A stretch of 64,000 nt of DNA from Deltaproteobacteria bacterium (GCA_034670305.1 JAXMNT010000007.1:64001-128000), one strand, 5' to 3'; shown: positions 31,743 to 45,471, numbered from the stretch's first letter. The notes: generated from the letters alone by a model not told the origin. Made by a program: numbers and translations.

Positions 31743-32454
31743 ATGAACGCGACTCCGGATGGCACGACCCCACGTTCGCCGCGCGACCCCGTCGCGCCGG
31801 TGCGGACGTGTGTCGGCTGCCGGAGTCCACGTCCCCAGGAGGACCTCGTGCGTCTCGCGGTGGTCCCCGATGCCCCCTACGTCGTACCGGACGCCAAGGG
31901 GGCCCTGGGCGGCCGTGGGGTGTGGGTGATGCCGAACCCGACGTGCCTGGAGCGCGCCGCGAAGAAGGGCGGGTTCTCCCGATCCCTCAAGCGGCAGGTG
32001 TCGATCGACCCGGAGCTGCTGCGGACCCAGATCCAGGCCCAGCTCGAGCGCCGTCTCGAAGGGTTGGCGAACGGGGCCCGGCGGGCGCGACACGCCCAGC
32101 TTGGGGCCGAAGCGGTACAGGAGAGCATCGATCGAGGGCGCGCCACCGCGCTCTGGGTCGCAGAAGACGCCGCGCGACGTGACGCGCTCGAGGCCATGGC
32201 GGAGCGGCTTGGATGCCGCCTCATCGTGCTCGGATCACGCGGATGGCTCGGTGAACTGTTCGGTCGCGACTTGCTCGCGGTCGTCGCACTCGAGCACGAA
32301 GGGCTGGCAACAGCCATTGGACAGGTCACGAAGCAACTGATCGGGTTGCGTCGAGACTCCGATGTTCGTACGGGCGGGGCGGCCGCTCCCGAACTTGGCA
32401 GTGCGCGTTCCCCAAAGAGGGGCGCGATCGAAGAGCCGGAGGGCCGGAACGAGG

Positions 32455-32462
<8 letters not shown>
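31743..32462 (+). CDS. ylxR: YlxR (DUF448/RnpM) domain fused to an L7Ae/YlxQ-like domain
   Basis: PVRTCVGCR, GRGVWV, CLERA..K..FSRSLK; second half LGAEAVQESI...LWVAEDAA...LGELFGRD. Confidence 0.85.
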
Positions 32463-35130
<2,668 letters not shown>

Positions 35131-35136
35131 CCGACC

Positions 35137-35487
35137 GTGATGATCGGAGCATGCCGCGTCGAACTCGCGCTCTCGGGCGTGGATTCACTGAAGGCGAAAC
35201 GCTCCATCGTCCGGTCGGTCCTCGACCGGACGCGTGCGAAGTTCGACGTCACCGCCGCAGAGGTGGAGGCGATGGACGAACACACGCGTGCGGTGCTCGG
35301 ATTCGTGGTGGTCAGCAACGAACGCGCCCATGCCGAGGGCAGACTGCGGGCCATTCATGAGTTCGTGGAGCACACCGGCCTCGCCCGCGTCCGCCAAGTG
35401 AAGACGGAGTTCACGCGCATCCTGGAAGGGCGCGCCACCGGAGGCGACGTGGTCGCCGACTGGTCGGATTTCGAGGCGGACGAATGA
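35137..35487 (+). CDS. DUF503 (YlxP) family protein
   Basis: SLKAKRSIVRS...KFDVTAAEV; usual position between infB and rbfA. Confidence 0.88.
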   Translation: MMIGACRVELALSGVDSLKAKRSIVRSVLDRTRAKFDVTAAEVEAMDEHTRAVLGFVVVSNERAHAEGRLRAIHEFVEHTGLARVRQVKTEFTRILEGRATGGDVVADWSDFEADE

Positions 35488-35927
35488 AACGTAGCAGCAC
35501 CCGTCCTGGAAGCCGCGCAGAGCGCGTGGCGGAACTCGTGCGCGCCGAGATCGCGGACGTGGTCCTGCGCGGCCGTCTGCGCGACCCGCTGGCCAAAGAC
35601 GTGGTCATCTCCGGCGTGAAGCTGACGCCGGACCTGCAGCAGGCCTACGTGTACGTGCGGGTGCTCCAGGAGGCCGACGACCAGCGGCAGACCGCGGTGG
35701 TGGAGGCGATGAACCGGGCGGCAGGCTTCCTTCGCCGGGAGATCGCGCCCAAACTGCAACTTCGGCGGGTGCCCGAACTCACCTTCTTTTGGGATGCGGT
35801 GATCGACCGCGCCCAGCGGCTGGACGCGATTTTCGCCGAGATCGAGTCCGACACCCGCCCCTCGGCAAGCACCTCAGACAGCACTGCGGTTCCTGCAGCG
35901 GGCGCGGTAGACTCCGAAAGCGAATGA
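35484..35927 (+). CDS. rbfA: Ribosome-binding factor A
   Basis: RAERVAE, LRDP, VKLTPDL, AAGFLR, LRRVPELTFFWD. Confidence 0.95.
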   Translation: MKRSSTRPGSRAERVAELVRAEIADVVLRGRLRDPLAKDVVISGVKLTPDLQQAYVYVRVLQEADDQRQTAVVEAMNRAAGFLRREIAPKLQLRRVPELTFFWDAVIDRAQRLDAIFAEIESDTRPSASTSDSTAVPAAGAVDSESE

Positions 35928-36949
35928 CGGAGGCACCCCATGCGTCGCTCTCGGAAGAGGTCATCCGAGAAGCGCTCTCCGTGCTCCGGGGTGGTGCCCG
36001 CTTCCTGGTGACCTGCCACCGGCGGCCGGATGCCGACGCCCTCGGGTCGGCCATCGGCATGACCGTGTTGTGCCAGAGCCTCGGCAAGGACATCACGCTC
36101 TGGATCCCCGAGCCACTCGCGCCCAACCTCCAGTTCCTGGCCACCCAGTTCGTTGCGGAGGGCGGCGTCATCGAACGCACCCTGGCCGACGGGGAGCGCT
36201 ACGACGCGACCTTCGTCATGGACACCGCGGCCCACACCCTCTTGCCACCTGGTCTTCCCTCGGACGATGTGACCGGACCGCTCGTCGTGGTGGACCACCA
36301 CGCGATCCACGACGACGTGGGCGACCTCGTCGTGCGCGACATCGAAGCCTGCTCCACCGGCGAGGTCGTGATGGACTTGGCGGAAGCCCTCGGCATGCGA
36401 CCGGTTCCGCGCGGCGCGGCCGCACCGCTCTACGCCGCCATCGTGGCCGACACGGGCGGCTTTCGATACGCCACCACCCGCAGCAAGACTCTGCGGCTCG
36501 GCGCCGAGCTGCTCGACCAGGGGGTCGACGCTTGGCACACCGCGTACGAACTCTTCGAAGGCTGGACCGCCGAGCGGATGAAGTTGCTGGGGGTGGTGCT
36601 CGACACCCTGGAACTCGCCTTCGACGGCCGCTGCGCCATTCTCCGCATCACCCGGAAGATGCTCGACGAGTGCCAAGCGACGGACGACATGGTCGAGGGC
36701 ATGGTCAACTACGGGCGGATGCTTCGCGGCGTGGAAGTGGCGATCCTGCTCTGGGAGTTCCCGAACTCCGAGGGCGGACTCGACACCAAGATCAGCCTGC
36801 GCTCGAGCGGCGACGCCAACGTCGGGGCCATCGCCCAGCAGCTCCACGGGGGCGGCCACCGCGCAGCCGCTGGCGGGCAGGTCTCGAAGTCCCTCGCTGA
36901 AACCGAGACGTTGGCGCGCGCCGCCATCCTGGCCGAACTCGACGGCTGA
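35924..36949 (+). CDS. nrnA: DHH-family oligoribonuclease / pAp phosphatase
   Basis: HRRPDADALGS, VDHH, DTGGF, KISLRS, GGGHRAAAG. Confidence 0.92.
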   Translation: MTEAPHASLSEEVIREALSVLRGGARFLVTCHRRPDADALGSAIGMTVLCQSLGKDITLWIPEPLAPNLQFLATQFVAEGGVIERTLADGERYDATFVMDTAAHTLLPPGLPSDDVTGPLVVVDHHAIHDDVGDLVVRDIEACSTGEVVMDLAEALGMRPVPRGAAAPLYAAIVADTGGFRYATTRSKTLRLGAELLDQGVDAWHTAYELFEGWTAERMKLLGVVLDTLELAFDGRCAILRITRKMLDECQATDDMVEGMVNYGRMLRGVEVAILLWEFPNSEGGLDTKISLRSSGDANVGAIAQQLHGGGHRAAAGGQVSKSLAETETLARAAILAELDG

Positions 36950-36950
36950 C

Positions 36951-37877
36951 ATGGGTCGCCGCGGCCGATCGAACGACGGACCCGACGGGGTCTACGTCGT
37001 CGACAAACCACGCGGTCCCACGTCGCACGATGTGGTCGCCCAGATCCGCCGCGTCCTCCGCACTCGGGCGGTCGGCCACGCCGGTACGCTGGATCCGATG
37101 GCGACAGGGGTCCTGGTCATCGCCGTGGGGCGGGCCACGAAGCTCGTTCCATGGCTGACCGCGGCCGACAAGTCGTACTCGGCGACGATTCAACTCGGCA
37201 CCGGGACGGACTCACTCGATGCCGATGGCGACGTCGTCGAGACGAAGCCGGTGCCGCCGCTCGACCTCGCGACCGTGAAGAGGGTCGCCGCGAAGCGCCT
37301 TGGCGTTCAGATGCAGCGTCCACCCGCGGTGAGCGCCATCCGCGTCGATGGCGAGCGGCTCCATGAGAAGGTCCGCCGCGGTGAAGTGGTTGAGGCGCCG
37401 CTGCGCGAGGTGGTCGTGCGGTCGATCGATGTCACGCGCGTCGAAGGCGCGGAGATCGACGTGACCCTGACCACGGGGAAGGGATTCTACGTTCGGTCGT
37501 TCGCGCGGGACCTGGCCATCGACCTCGAGACCGTGGGGCACCTGACCGCTCTGAGGCGGCTGGCGAGTGGCGCGTTCGTGCTCGACGACGCGTGTTCGAT
37601 GAACGACCTCGCGGAACACGTGCCGCTCGACCTCGCGCAGGCCGCCGCGCGCATCATGACCTGCCTGGAGCTCGACGCCGACGGCGTGACCCACGCGAAA
37701 CACGGACGCCCGATCCCCGTCGCCCACGTGACCTCCGGCGACCCGCAGGGCGAGGGCCCGTTCGGACTCGTGTGCGCGTCTTCGACCGACTCGGAACTGC
37801 TCGCGGTGGTGCGCCGCGAAGAAGACCTGCTGAAGGTCGTCCGCGGCTTCCCCCCACGCGGCCAGCGCACGGGTTGA
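36951..37877 (+). CDS. truB: tRNA pseudouridine(55) synthase
   Basis: DKPRGPTSHDVV, VGHAGTLDPMATGVL, KSY, GFYVRS. Confidence 0.96.
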   Translation: MGRRGRSNDGPDGVYVVDKPRGPTSHDVVAQIRRVLRTRAVGHAGTLDPMATGVLVIAVGRATKLVPWLTAADKSYSATIQLGTGTDSLDADGDVVETKPVPPLDLATVKRVAAKRLGVQMQRPPAVSAIRVDGERLHEKVRRGEVVEAPLREVVVRSIDVTRVEGAEIDVTLTTGKGFYVRSFARDLAIDLETVGHLTALRRLASGAFVLDDACSMNDLAEHVPLDLAQAAARIMTCLELDADGVTHAKHGRPIPVAHVTSGDPQGEGPFGLVCASSTDSELLAVVRREEDLLKVVRGFPPRGQRTG

Positions 37878-37957
37878 GCCGCAATCACGACCGATTCAAA
37901 CCGGTCGGCGCTCTCGCGTCTGGCTGCGCCCGTCGAGGAATCGGATATGCTGCCGCC

Positions 37958-38752
37958 ATGTCGCTGCCCCGCTTCTCTTGGTCGTTCGTTCTGACGCTGA
38001 GCCTGTTCGCGTGGGGCGGAACGTCTGGTTGCGGCGACGACGACTCGGGCGTGGAAGATGCCGGGGAGCGCCCGTCCGATGTGGGCCCCGACGCGCCCCG
38101 GGACAGCGGGGTGGGGTGTCCGATGTCCTGCGGCTCGACCGAAGGGTGTTGCCCGAGCAGCGAGGGCGGCAACGAGTGCATCGACATCAACGACGACCCG
38201 CTCAACTGCGGGGGCTGCGGGGTGGTCTGTGCGGAAGGCCGTGGCATGGCGTGCGAGCTCGGGCTCTGCATCTGCGGCCGCAACCGGATGGGCTGCGGCG
38301 GGGACCGCGAGAGTTTCTGCTGTCCGGCCACCGACGAGCGGCCGCTGCCGTACTGCGCGAACCTGGAGCAGGACGGCGAGGACTGCGGCGCATGCGGCGA
38401 GCCCTGCGACCTCGACGTCGGCAACGCGTGCGAAGGCGGACGCTGCATCTGTGGCGTTGAACGCGGGGGCTGCGATGGCACCGCGGAGTCCCGCTGCTGT
38501 ACGGGCGCGTTCAACACCTCCTGCGTGGACACGACGAGCGACCGCGATCACTGCGGCGGATGCGATCGGCGATGCAGCCTTGGACAGAGCTGCGAAGCGG
38601 GCGTTTGTGTGGGACGCGACGGAGGTCCGGGCGTGGACGCAGGCGTCGACGCCGGCATGGACTCGGGAACAGGCGTGGACGCCGGCATGGACTCGGGAAC
38701 AGATGTCGACGCGGGCACCGATGCAGGCGTTCCGCCGGGCGCAGGGGATTGA
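37958..38752 (+). CDS. Cys-rich repeat lipoprotein (DxxNCGxCGxxC, STIG1-like repeats)
   Basis: Signal plus TSGC lipobox; three D..[ND/H]CG.C...C units; DAG/DSG repeats at the C-terminus. Confidence 0.8.
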   Translation: MSLPRFSWSFVLTLSLFAWGGTSGCGDDDSGVEDAGERPSDVGPDAPRDSGVGCPMSCGSTEGCCPSSEGGNECIDINDDPLNCGGCGVVCAEGRGMACELGLCICGRNRMGCGGDRESFCCPATDERPLPYCANLEQDGEDCGACGEPCDLDVGNACEGGRCICGVERGGCDGTAESRCCTGAFNTSCVDTTSDRDHCGGCDRRCSLGQSCEAGVCVGRDGGPGVDAGVDAGMDSGTGVDAGMDSGTDVDAGTDAGVPPGAGD

Positions 38753-40036
<1,284 letters not shown>

Positions 40037-40062
40037 GCCAGCGGCAGACCCCAGGCCGGCTG

Positions 40063-40163
40063 GCATCGGTTTCGGGATCGGCTTCGGGATCGGCTTCGGC
40101 TTCGGGATCGGCTTCGGCTTCGGGATCGGCTTCGGGACCGGCTTCGGCGTCGGCTTCGGCTTT
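40063..40163. repeat. Intergenic hexamer-period repeat (TCGGCT/TCGGGA)n
   Basis: About 16 tandem 6-bp units directly visible. Confidence 0.92.
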
Positions 40164-40308
40164 CCTCATCGCCTTCGCGAGCGCCGCGGTTTCACCCCAT
40201 CGGGAACCTCCGCGCCTCCTTGGTGTCGGAGTAGGGGTGCGCGGTCCGATCCGCGCGTGACCCACCGCGAACCCCGTCGCGCTGCCCAGCGCGAGACAAG
40301 GACTTCCC

Positions 40309-41751
40309 ATGGCTTCCCAAGAACGCACCGAGGTGCGTGAGGCACCCCTGCATTCGAAACACGCCCGCCCGAACTCCGGTCGAGGTGCGATGACCATGGC
40401 CATGCAGGCACTGCCACAGAAGTCCGAGGTCCAGGTGCTCCGGATCGCGCGGGTGGCCAAGGGACGCATCGAAGAAGAACGGTTGGTGTCCGATGCGCTG
40501 AGGGTGGGACCCGGCGAGCGGGCCCACTTCGTGGTGCCGGGACTCGGCGGCATGAAGACGGTCTTCGAATGCAAGGGCGGGCAGTGGACGCTGAACGTGC
40601 CCGCCGGCTGCGACGAAGTGCGCCTCGCCAACGGCGCCGAAGTCGGCAGCGCGACCGGCACGACCCGGCTCGTCGAGAGCGCCCGCGGCCGCCTCCGCTT
40701 CGGCGAAGTCTCGCTCCTCTTCCAGCTCGTCGCGCCCCCGCCCAAGATGGCCAAACCCATGCTGCCGAGCTCGGTGCGCGGCGGCCTCTTCGGCCAGGTC
40801 GATTGGGCCTTCACCAGCATCGCCTCCGCGATCTTCACCTTCTTCTTCGCGGGACTCGTGTTCCTCGAAGGCGCGGACTGGCCCGTCGCGATGGGTCTGG
40901 AAGACAACAGCTACGCGATGACGCTGATCCTCGAAGAGCCGCAGGAGCCTCCGGCCGCGACCCAGTGGCAGGACCACGAACCGGAGCCGGAACTGACCCG
41001 CGACAACGGTCCGGCACCCGACGTGGCGCCCAACGATCCGCCCCCGACGACCGACCGCACACCACGGCGTGCGGACCGACCGTCCACGCCACAGCAGACC
41101 AGCGACGCGCCGCCCAGCTTGGACTACGAGTCCATCGCACAACAGGTCGCCCAGGCGCTCGTCATTGGGACCAACGGCGAGAGCGGCGGCATGACCAGTT
41201 TCAACGAGCTGATCGAAGGGGCCGATACGACGGGGGCGGGAGACATCCTGGCCCAGGTCACCGGGGTCGACGATCAGCGGGTCGCCCGCTCCGACCGGGT
41301 CCTCGTGCGCGACACGCCCGGCTCAGGCGAGGGGATGGATCTGGGCATGCTCGCGCGCCGCAACCAGCCGCGCACCGAGATGGAAGGCAGCGACGTGACC
41401 GAACGCGATCTGCCGCCCTCTCGGCTGGACTACGACGAACCGATCGACGTCGACGGCGCCGAGTTCGATGCCCGCCTGCTCGCCCAGCGCGTCCGCCGAC
41501 TGAGCTCCCGCATCGCGCGCTGCTACGAGCTGGAGCTCAGCCGAAACCCGACGGCCCGCGGCCGGGTTGGCTTGCAACTCACCGTCTTCGAACCCGGCCA
41601 CGTGCGGGCCCGGGTCACGAGCAGCCAGCTCACATCCGCCACCGGTGCGTGCATCGTCCGGCACCTGAATACCATCCGCTTCCGCGACGGCGGACCCGAG
41701 GGTGGCAACGCCGTCTTCGAGTGGCCACTGGTCTTCTCACCGCAGCAGTAG
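40309..41751 (+). CDS. AgmX/PglI C-terminal domain protein (GltG-like single-pass membrane protein)
   Basis: ARGRLRFGEVSLLFQLVAPPP...PMLP.SVRGG, one TM helix, Pro-rich linker, C-terminal IARCYELELSRNP...GRV.....C...FEWPLVF; start may be at 40390. Confidence 0.82.
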   Translation: MASQERTEVREAPLHSKHARPNSGRGAMTMAMQALPQKSEVQVLRIARVAKGRIEEERLVSDALRVGPGERAHFVVPGLGGMKTVFECKGGQWTLNVPAGCDEVRLANGAEVGSATGTTRLVESARGRLRFGEVSLLFQLVAPPPKMAKPMLPSSVRGGLFGQVDWAFTSIASAIFTFFFAGLVFLEGADWPVAMGLEDNSYAMTLILEEPQEPPAATQWQDHEPEPELTRDNGPAPDVAPNDPPPTTDRTPRRADRPSTPQQTSDAPPSLDYESIAQQVAQALVIGTNGESGGMTSFNELIEGADTTGAGDILAQVTGVDDQRVARSDRVLVRDTPGSGEGMDLGMLARRNQPRTEMEGSDVTERDLPPSRLDYDEPIDVDGAEFDARLLAQRVRRLSSRIARCYELELSRNPTARGRVGLQLTVFEPGHVRARVTSSQLTSATGACIVRHLNTIRFRDGGPEGGNAVFEWPLVFSPQQ

Positions 41752-41754
41752 CGC

Positions 41755-42729
41755 TCAGCGCTTGAGCGACTCGAGCGCCGCCCGCGCGGCGCCGAGCAGA
41801 CCGACCCGCTCGTCCGTGATCAGGGCGACGCGGGTCGTGTCGATCAGCGGCGCCATCGCGCCCTTGTTCCGCATCGCGCCGAGCAGGGTCTTCGCGAACC
41901 CCTCCGGGTCTGCGGCGTGCAGCTTCGGTGCGATGCCGCCGGCGATGAACAGACCGCCGGTCGGCAACACGTCGAGCGCGAAGTCCCCAATCGCCGATCC
42001 GTAGAGCTGCACGAACCACTCGATCGCACGGGCGGCCTGCGGGTCTCCCTGTGCAGCGCGCGCGGAGACTTCGGCGCCATCCATCTCTCCGTCGTTCTTC
42101 GGTGAAGTCGACTGCGTGAGGTACGCGTAGATCGTCGCGATGCCCACGCCGGAGACCAGCCGTTCGAGCGGCACGTGGTCTTCTTCGGCCTTTTGCCGCA
42201 CGAACGCGAGCAACGCCGCGTCGTCCGCGTTGCGCGGCGCGAACCCCACGTGTCCGCCTTCCGATCGCAGCACCCGCGCGAGGACGTGGTTCTCCTTCGC
42301 AGGCAGGATCACCGCTTTGCCGAGCCCGGTTCCCGCCCCGACGATGAGACGCGGGCCGTCGGCTTCGACCTGGCCGGACTGCAGCACCACCGACTCGGCC
42401 AGGTTCGACCCCAGCGCCGCGGCTTCGAAGTCGTTGAGCAGGGTGATGGGGACCTGAAGCCGGAACCGCAGTTCGGATTCGCGGATGGTCCAGGGGAGGT
42501 TGGTCGTGTGGACTTCGCGGCCGCCGTTCTTCCCGGGCGTCACCGGTCCCGCCACGCCGAACGCCGCGGCGGCGATCGGCGCGCCGGCTGAGAATGCGTC
42601 GAGCGCGTCCTCGAAGCGCTCGAACGCTCCGCTCTCGAACTTCGTCTCGCGGATCAGTTCTCCGCGCCCGTCGAAGACGGCGAGCCAAGTCTTGGTGCCG
42701 CCGATGTCGCCGACGAGAACGTGGGTCAT
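41755..42729 (-). CDS. glk: Glucokinase
   Basis: GDIGGTKT, GVAGPV, TNLPW, LLNDFEA, GAGTGLG, SEGGH, GGIAPK. Confidence 0.95.
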   Translation of the reverse strand: MTHVLVGDIGGTKTWLAVFDGRGELIRETKFESGAFERFEDALDAFSAGAPIAAAAFGVAGPVTPGKNGGREVHTTNLPWTIRESELRFRLQVPITLLNDFEAAALGSNLAESVVLQSGQVEADGPRLIVGAGTGLGKAVILPAKENHVLARVLRSEGGHVGFAPRNADDAALLAFVRQKAEEDHVPLERLVSGVGIATIYAYLTQSTSPKNDGEMDGAEVSARAAQGDPQAARAIEWFVQLYGSAIGDFALDVLPTGGLFIAGGIAPKLHAADPEGFAKTLLGAMRNKGAMAPLIDTTRVALITDERVGLLGAARAALESLKR

Positions 42730-42825
42730 GCCGCAGTGCAGCCGACCCACGGCCGCCGCGCAAGCGCTTCGAGCGGTGCCTGCCGCCGCGCCACCATCCA
42801 GGAGCGTCTTTCGCCTGCGCGGAGA

Positions 42826-44466
42826 CTAGTCCTTGAGTAGCCGGGTCACGGTGTTGCGCCCGATCCCGAGTTTCTCCGCCGCATCCTTCCGGCTGCCCCC
42901 ACACGACGCCACCACCGCTTCGACAAACGCCCGCTTGGCTTCTTCCATCGTCGCGCCGAGTGGAATGGTCACGCCCGCCGAACGACGTGCGCGACCGCGG
43001 GGCGTCGGAAGGTGGCGCAACAGGATCTTGCCCTGCGGCGCGAGCACCACCGCACTCTCGATCCAGTGTTCGAGTTCGCGCACGTTGCCGGGCCAGTCGT
43101 GTGCGCGCAGTCGGCTGAGCACATCGGCGGAGAGCTCCGGCACTTCGCCCGCGCTGCCCAACCGCTTGTGTCGCCGAGCGTAGAGATCCAGGAAGTGACG
43201 CGCCAACCGTTCGACTTCGTCGGGGCCGCGGGCGCGGAGCGGCGGCACCTCGATCTCGACCACGCGGACGCGGTAGTAGAGATCCTCTCGGAAGGTGCCT
43301 TCCTCGACCGCGGCTTCCAGATCGCGGTGGGTCGCGCAGAGAATGCGGGTGTCGCTGTGCAGGGTCTCGCGCCCGCCCACCCGCTCGAACTGCTTCTCTT
43401 GCAGGAACCGGAGCAACTTGCCCTGGATCTCGAGCGGCAAGTCGCCGATCTCATCGAGAAAGAGCGTGCCGCCTTCCGCCATCTCGACCTTGCCGCGCAC
43501 CCGCCGTTCGGCGCCGGTGAACGAGCCGCGTTCGTGTCCGAAGAGTTCGCTCTCGACGAGATCGCCGGGGAGGGTGGTGCAGTCCACGGTGACGAAAGGG
43601 CCACCCTGGCGTGCGCCGTTCACGTGGACCGCGCGGGCGAGCAACGACTTGCCGGTCCCGGTCTCTCCCCGCAGCAGCACCGACGCGTCCGTCTGCGCCG
43701 AGAGCGCGACGCGCTCGTAGACCTCGTCCATCGCAGGGCTTCGACCAACGATGTGGTTGAAGGGGCCGCGCATCACGACGCCGGGACCACTCGCGTCCTC
43801 GGCCCGCAGGGTGGTCAGCGAGAGCACGTGCCCGAGCTGGATCGCGAGCGCGGCGAGGAACCGTTCGTCTTCTTCGCTGAAGGATCCCTCGGCCCGGTTG
43901 AGCACCTGCACCACCCCGCGGACCGGCGCCGTCGGTCCTTCGCGCACCGGCGCGACGAGCATGTTGCGGGTGGTGTATCCGGTCGCGGCGTCGGCGCTCG
44001 GATCGAATCTGGGATCCGAGTGTGCGTCGTCGACCCGCAACACCTCGCCCTTCTCCGCAACGAATCCAGCGATGCCCCGGCCCATCGGTTGCCGGAGCGC
44101 GGGCAACTCTGGCAACACCGCGACCTGGGTGAACAAGTCCCCCCGCTCGGCATCGACCAGCCACAGGGTCGCCCGGTCCGCATGCATCGCTTCGGCCAGC
44201 CGCTCGCACGCGGCCTGCAGCAACGAGTCGAGGTCGACCTCGCGGGGAATGAGCGACGCGAGGTCGACGAGCAGAGAGAGGCGGCTCATGGGCAGCGCGA
44301 GTGTACCGCTCTCTTCGCCGAGGTCGGCGAGCTCCGCGAAGAGGCGGCGCGCCGCCGCGCCCGAGGTGGGTTCGAGCAACGCGGACTCGGCCTCCATCGG
44401 CGCACCGCGCGGGTCCTTCATCGCCGCACCCACCGCCAACTGCAAGGTCTCGGGCTCAGGCCGCAC
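42826..44466 (-). CDS. Sigma-54-dependent transcriptional activator (GAF + AAA+ + HTH)
   Basis: GAF (GIAGFV...DPRFD...TGYTTRNML...VLNR...FSEEDE); GETGTGKS, ESELFGHERGSFTGA, LFLDEIG, FREDLYYR, WPGNVREL; Fis-type HTH. Confidence 0.95.
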   Translation of the reverse strand: MRPEPETLQLAVGAAMKDPRGAPMEAESALLEPTSGAAARRLFAELADLGEESGTLALPMSRLSLLVDLASLIPREVDLDSLLQAACERLAEAMHADRATLWLVDAERGDLFTQVAVLPELPALRQPMGRGIAGFVAEKGEVLRVDDAHSDPRFDPSADAATGYTTRNMLVAPVREGPTAPVRGVVQVLNRAEGSFSEEDERFLAALAIQLGHVLSLTTLRAEDASGPGVVMRGPFNHIVGRSPAMDEVYERVALSAQTDASVLLRGETGTGKSLLARAVHVNGARQGGPFVTVDCTTLPGDLVESELFGHERGSFTGAERRVRGKVEMAEGGTLFLDEIGDLPLEIQGKLLRFLQEKQFERVGGRETLHSDTRILCATHRDLEAAVEEGTFREDLYYRVRVVEIEVPPLRARGPDEVERLARHFLDLYARRHKRLGSAGEVPELSADVLSRLRAHDWPGNVRELEHWIESAVVLAPQGKILLRHLPTPRGRARRSAGVTIPLGATMEEAKRAFVEAVVASCGGSRKDAAEKLGIGRNTVTRLLKD

Positions 44467-45328
44467 GTTCCGCCACGTCGGGCATCACGATCTCGCGTCC
44501 TTCGCGGGCGCACTCGGTGCGGTCGAACTCCGCCCGCGCGCGGTCTTCGAGCGCCTGCACCCCCGCGTCGTCGCGGCTCGGATCGTGGTGGAAGAGCACC
44601 AGCCGCCCAACGCCGGCGGCGCGCGCCAACTTGGTCGCCGCTTCGTAGGTGGAGTGGCCCCAGCCGACCTTCGCCATGCCCACGTCGCCGCGGTACTCCT
44701 CCGGCAGGTACTGCGCGTCGTAGATGAGCACGTCGGCGCCGAGCGCGAGCTTGAGCAGAGTCGGGTCGATGCACTCGTAGTGTTCGGTGTCGGTCGCGAA
44801 CACCACGCTGCGGCCCCCGTGCTCGAGCCGGTACGCGAGCACCCCGCCGCCTGGGTGGTTGAGCTTCGCGCACCGCACTTCGACGTCGTCGATGACGAAG
44901 CGCTGCCCGTGGCGCAGGGTCCGGTAGCTCAACTGCGCGGGCAGGTCCTCCCAGAGCACCGGGAAGGTGGGCGGCCGCATCTGGAGGCTCAGCGCCTCCC
45001 GCAGACCGAGCTCCGGGCTGCCTTCGCCGCAGATGCGCAGCTTGGTGTGCGGCATGTAGATGGGGGCGAAGAACGGGAGCCCCTGGATGTGGTCCCAGTG
45101 CAGGTGCGAGAGCAAGAGCGTCGCTTCGACCCCCTTGGCCTGCGCTGCGGGGTCCTGCAGCAAGAGCCCGCCGAGGGCCCGGATGCCGGTCCCCGAATCG
45201 AGAATCAGCCGGGTGTCGCCCACCCGCACCTCCACGCAACTGGTGTTGCCCCCGAACCCCGCCGTGCTTTCGCCTGGCGATGCGATCGACCCACGCACTC
45301 CAAAGAACCGAACCGTCATGTCTGCCAT
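44456..45328 (-). CDS. MBL-fold metallo-hydrolase (RNase Z / phosphodiesterase-like)
   Basis: GVRGS, GGNTSC, DSGTG, SHLHWDHIQG, TDTEH, DAQY, GHS, FHHDP. Confidence 0.92.
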   Translation of the reverse strand: MADMTVRFFGVRGSIASPGESTAGFGGNTSCVEVRVGDTRLILDSGTGIRALGGLLLQDPAAQAKGVEATLLLSHLHWDHIQGLPFFAPIYMPHTKLRICGEGSPELGLREALSLQMRPPTFPVLWEDLPAQLSYRTLRHGQRFVIDDVEVRCAKLNHPGGGVLAYRLEHGGRSVVFATDTEHYECIDPTLLKLALGADVLIYDAQYLPEEYRGDVGMAKVGWGHSTYEAATKLARAAGVGRLVLFHHDPSRDDAGVQALEDRARAEFDRTECAREGREIVMPDVAERAA

Positions 45329-45351
45329 TCGCTACCTCCGAGGGGGTACTT

Positions 45352-45367
45352 TGCGAACGGTGTGCCA
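45352..45367 (-). promoter_or_regulatory. Sigma-54 (-24/-12) promoter for the MBL hydrolase / activator operon
   Basis: Minus-strand TGGCACA-CCGT-TCGCA, one mismatch from TGGCACRnnnnTTGCW; GGAGG RBS follows. Confidence 0.75.
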
Positions 45368-45430
45368 GCGCGCTATCGGGTCAATTCATGAATGGTTCTG
45401 GGAAGATGCCCGGCGCACCATGCATGGCGA

Positions 45431-45447
45431 TGCACTGTTATGGTGCG
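45431..45447. promoter_or_regulatory. Candidate enhancer (UAS) for a sigma-54 activator
   Basis: TGCACTGTTATGGTGCG resembles the NtrC-type TGCAC-N7-GTGCA dyad; GCACCA half-sites at 45415 and 45452. Confidence 0.55.
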
Positions 45448-45471
45448 TGGTGCACCAACGTGTCCGAGGCG

